From Sminthopsis crassicaudata (taxonomy: Eukaryota): 64,000 nt of DNA. Positions 62,065 to 64,000 of the stretch are shown piece after piece. The stretch covers positions 372,091,261-372,155,260 of the forward strand of contig NC_133620.1 in assembly GCF_048593235.1 (NCBI RefSeq), given 5' to 3'. The notes beneath the pieces are model-generated. The model was given only the letters and a program-made list of their open reading frames with translations. It searched no databases and had not been told where the DNA came from. Within the stretch, counting starts at the first letter, position 1; every line of letters starts with the position of its first letter. The translations under genes were made by a program, and so were the position numbers.

Positions 62065-62977
62065 GGCGGTGGTAGCTTGGAGGGCAGGGGGTGCCTAAAT
62101 TCCCTGTCCACACCTGTGAAATTTCTTGACCTGGTAAAAGATACATGGAGAGTCAGACATTGGGAGAGGCATATGGGGGCAGCTGGAAGAGTCAGCTGAG
62201 TGCTGCCCCTCCACCCCACCCCAAGTTACTTCCTGACCTCTATACCAAGCTGACTCATCCTTTTCCAGGAACATTCCTCTCTCCCCTAGGACTTTATTCC
62301 TCCCGTAATCTCTACAGGTACCCAGCAAAGGGAGGAAACTGAGGCATGGGGGAAGGGATCAAAACATAAAATCCTACTGGAGATGTATATCTTTCCCCTG
62401 GGGCTTCTAAATAATGAGGGACAATGCAAGGAAGTCATAACCCAAATGACTTCCGAAGTCCACTCTACAGAGGGGTCCAAAAACCTGGAGGATAGCCGGG
62501 ATCAAAACGAGTAGACACAAGAAGGGAGTAGTCTCACGGTACAGCAACCCGAAGTCGGGGGGAAGCCATCCAGGGGGCGTTAGGTTTCCTCCCACCCCAA
62601 ATCCTGAGACAAGGAATCCCCTCTCCCCATCCTTGGGAGTCTGGGTGAGAAAGGGGAGTTTAGAGAGCGACAGGAGCTGGAAGAAGAAGAGGGCAAGAGC
62701 TCTGCCAGGGAGACGGCGGTGGGGCGGGCCAGGGGTGCGGGAGGGGCCTGTTAGCCCGGAGAAGCTGCCTGGGGCAGCTAACGCTAGTAGTCCCGGGACC
62801 CAGGGTTGGGGCGGGGGTGGAGAGTCGGGCGGAGAGAGGAAGCAGGAGAGTCGCGCGGAGAGAGAGGAAGGGATCCGATGTTGAACCTCGAGCTCTCCTG
62901 CCCCCCAGGGGACTATAGGAAGCCGGCTCAGCGGGTTCCAGGGATCCGGGTCTTGGCCTGGAACAGACCGCACTCAC

Positions 62978-63040
62978 CTCTCGGGGGCCTCGCTACATTG
63001 TATCCGCTCCGTTCCGGCTTCCAGCCGGGAATTCCCGCCC
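62978..63040 (-). other. SLC39A1: Putative SLC39A1 non-coding 5' exon (start approximate)
   Basis: Consensus donor GAG|GTGAGT at 62978/62977; acceptors at 62130 and 62113 precede the ATG exon. Confidence 0.55.
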
Positions 63041-63203
63041 CCTCCCCACTTCCCCGCACTCGCTTTTCTCTGGCCAATGACCATGAGGCGGGGGCGGGGC
63101 AAGATCAGGAATTACATTACCCTAGAGCAATCAGAAATAGACTAAGGGGGAATGAAGGCGGGGCCACCAAGCGACCGGGGGCCAAACACCCCTGGGAGCT
63201 TAC

Positions 63204-63300
63204 CTGATTGATTCCTAGGCAGGCTGGTTTTCCTACGCCGAGGTCTCCCTGCGCTTAACAAGTCAGAAGTACTGATGAATTTCGGCTCTGTAGAGGGACT
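63204..63300 (-). other. SLC39A1: Putative alternative upstream SLC39A1 5' exon (start approximate)
   Basis: Consensus donor CAG|GTAAGC at 63204/63203. Confidence 0.45.
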
Positions 63301-64000
63301 ACTGAAATCTGGTGCGCTCCCCCACTACCTCAATTCAGGACCTCTTTTTGCAGAATGGCACTGGTTTTGCCTGCAAAATGCCAGGCCCTTAGTAAGCGCC
63401 TGATAAATGCTCGTGAGTAGACTGATTACTTGATCACTATTCATCAAAGAGCCCCATCCTCCTATCTCCCTGTGGGATAGTGTTGGGGAGAGGGCATTTT
63501 TTATGGCCTAGTCCTGGGGACAGTCTGGGTCTTGGCAGAATAACGGGAAGTCTTTAGCCAAACAACGGGACCACGAGGTCTTGAGACACAGTGAAAAAGT
63601 TAGCTAAGTTAGGAAATCCCCTTCTGGGAAAGATTTATTAGCTTACAAAAATGACTCGAGAAAAAATTGTGAATCGGTCAGTAGTGAGCACTCTGTGTGA
63701 ATTCCCTCTTTGCCCACATTGCCCAAGTGATTTGATTTAAAGGAGTAGCCTGCAACACAAAGGGATGAAAGTCACCGGAATGGTATAAGTGTCTAGAGTC
63801 TGACAGGATTTGATAATCTAATATCTAATTAGCATTTGCATAAAAGAGAAAAACCGTAAAGTATTCAATTCTTAAAGAAAAGGCATTAATGGAAAGACCT
63901 GGACAGACCCCCAGAAAATAAAGCTTGAGCTGAGATCAGAAGGAACCAAAAGGCAGAACTGAAGAGGGAGAGTTTCAAACATAGGGGACAAGAAGTAAAA

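Larger units (their letters stand above)
62500..63300. promoter_or_regulatory. CpG island / SLC39A1 promoter, probably bidirectional with CREB3L4
   Basis: CCAAT at 63074-63078 and GC box GGGGCGGGGC near 63091; the CREB3L4 partner is inferred from mammalian synteny only. Confidence 0.7.

Noticed and set aside
34118-63207. Many 100-260 aa + strand and off-frame ORFs over the three genes and the CpG islands
   Set aside because: Antisense or alternate-frame shadows of GC-rich exons, or low-complexity sequence, with no recognisable domains.
63300-64000. CREB3L4 exons
   Set aside because: Expected by synteny, but no recognisable coding sequence is present; the GTGAGT at 63413 sits in an L2-like tail.
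1-64000. CRISPR arrays, rRNA genes, prokaryote-type operons or defence systems
   Set aside because: The window is spliced mammalian DNA; its dispersed repeats are SINE/LINE copies, not regularly spaced arrays.

Overview
Eukaryotic genomic DNA, almost certainly marsupial and probably dasyuromorph (inferred from WSINE1-, MAR1- and marsupial L1/RTE-like repeats), syntenic with human 1q21.3. Three complete minus-strand protein-coding genes were rebuilt by hand with all splice junctions in phase: SLC39A1/ZIP1 (3 coding exons, 317 aa), CRTC2 (14 exons, 693 aa, including a U12-type AT-AC intron) and DENND4B (27 coding exons, 1482 aa). Downstream of DENND4B lie a CpG-island promoter and a non-coding first exon that synteny assigns to GATAD2B; bases 1-21741 would be its repeat-rich intron 1. 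The right end is a CpG/CCAAT promoter, probably shared head-to-head with CREB3L4, but no CREB3L4 coding sequence is visible. I found no clearly new multi-gene system. The best leads are regulatory: a dense cluster of CRE-like TGACnTCA octamers in DENND4B intron 1, an AUG-stop element in a putative SLC39A1 5' exon, a CGG repeat upstream of the CRTC2 ATG that is open in poly-Gly and poly-Ala frames, a candidate in-frame alternative first exon of DENND4B, a candidate divergent spliced transcript from the GATAD2B promoter, and several young or nested retrotransposon insertions with target-site duplications. Orthologue comparisons and repeat family names are from memory, not from a search, and repeat boundaries are approximate.
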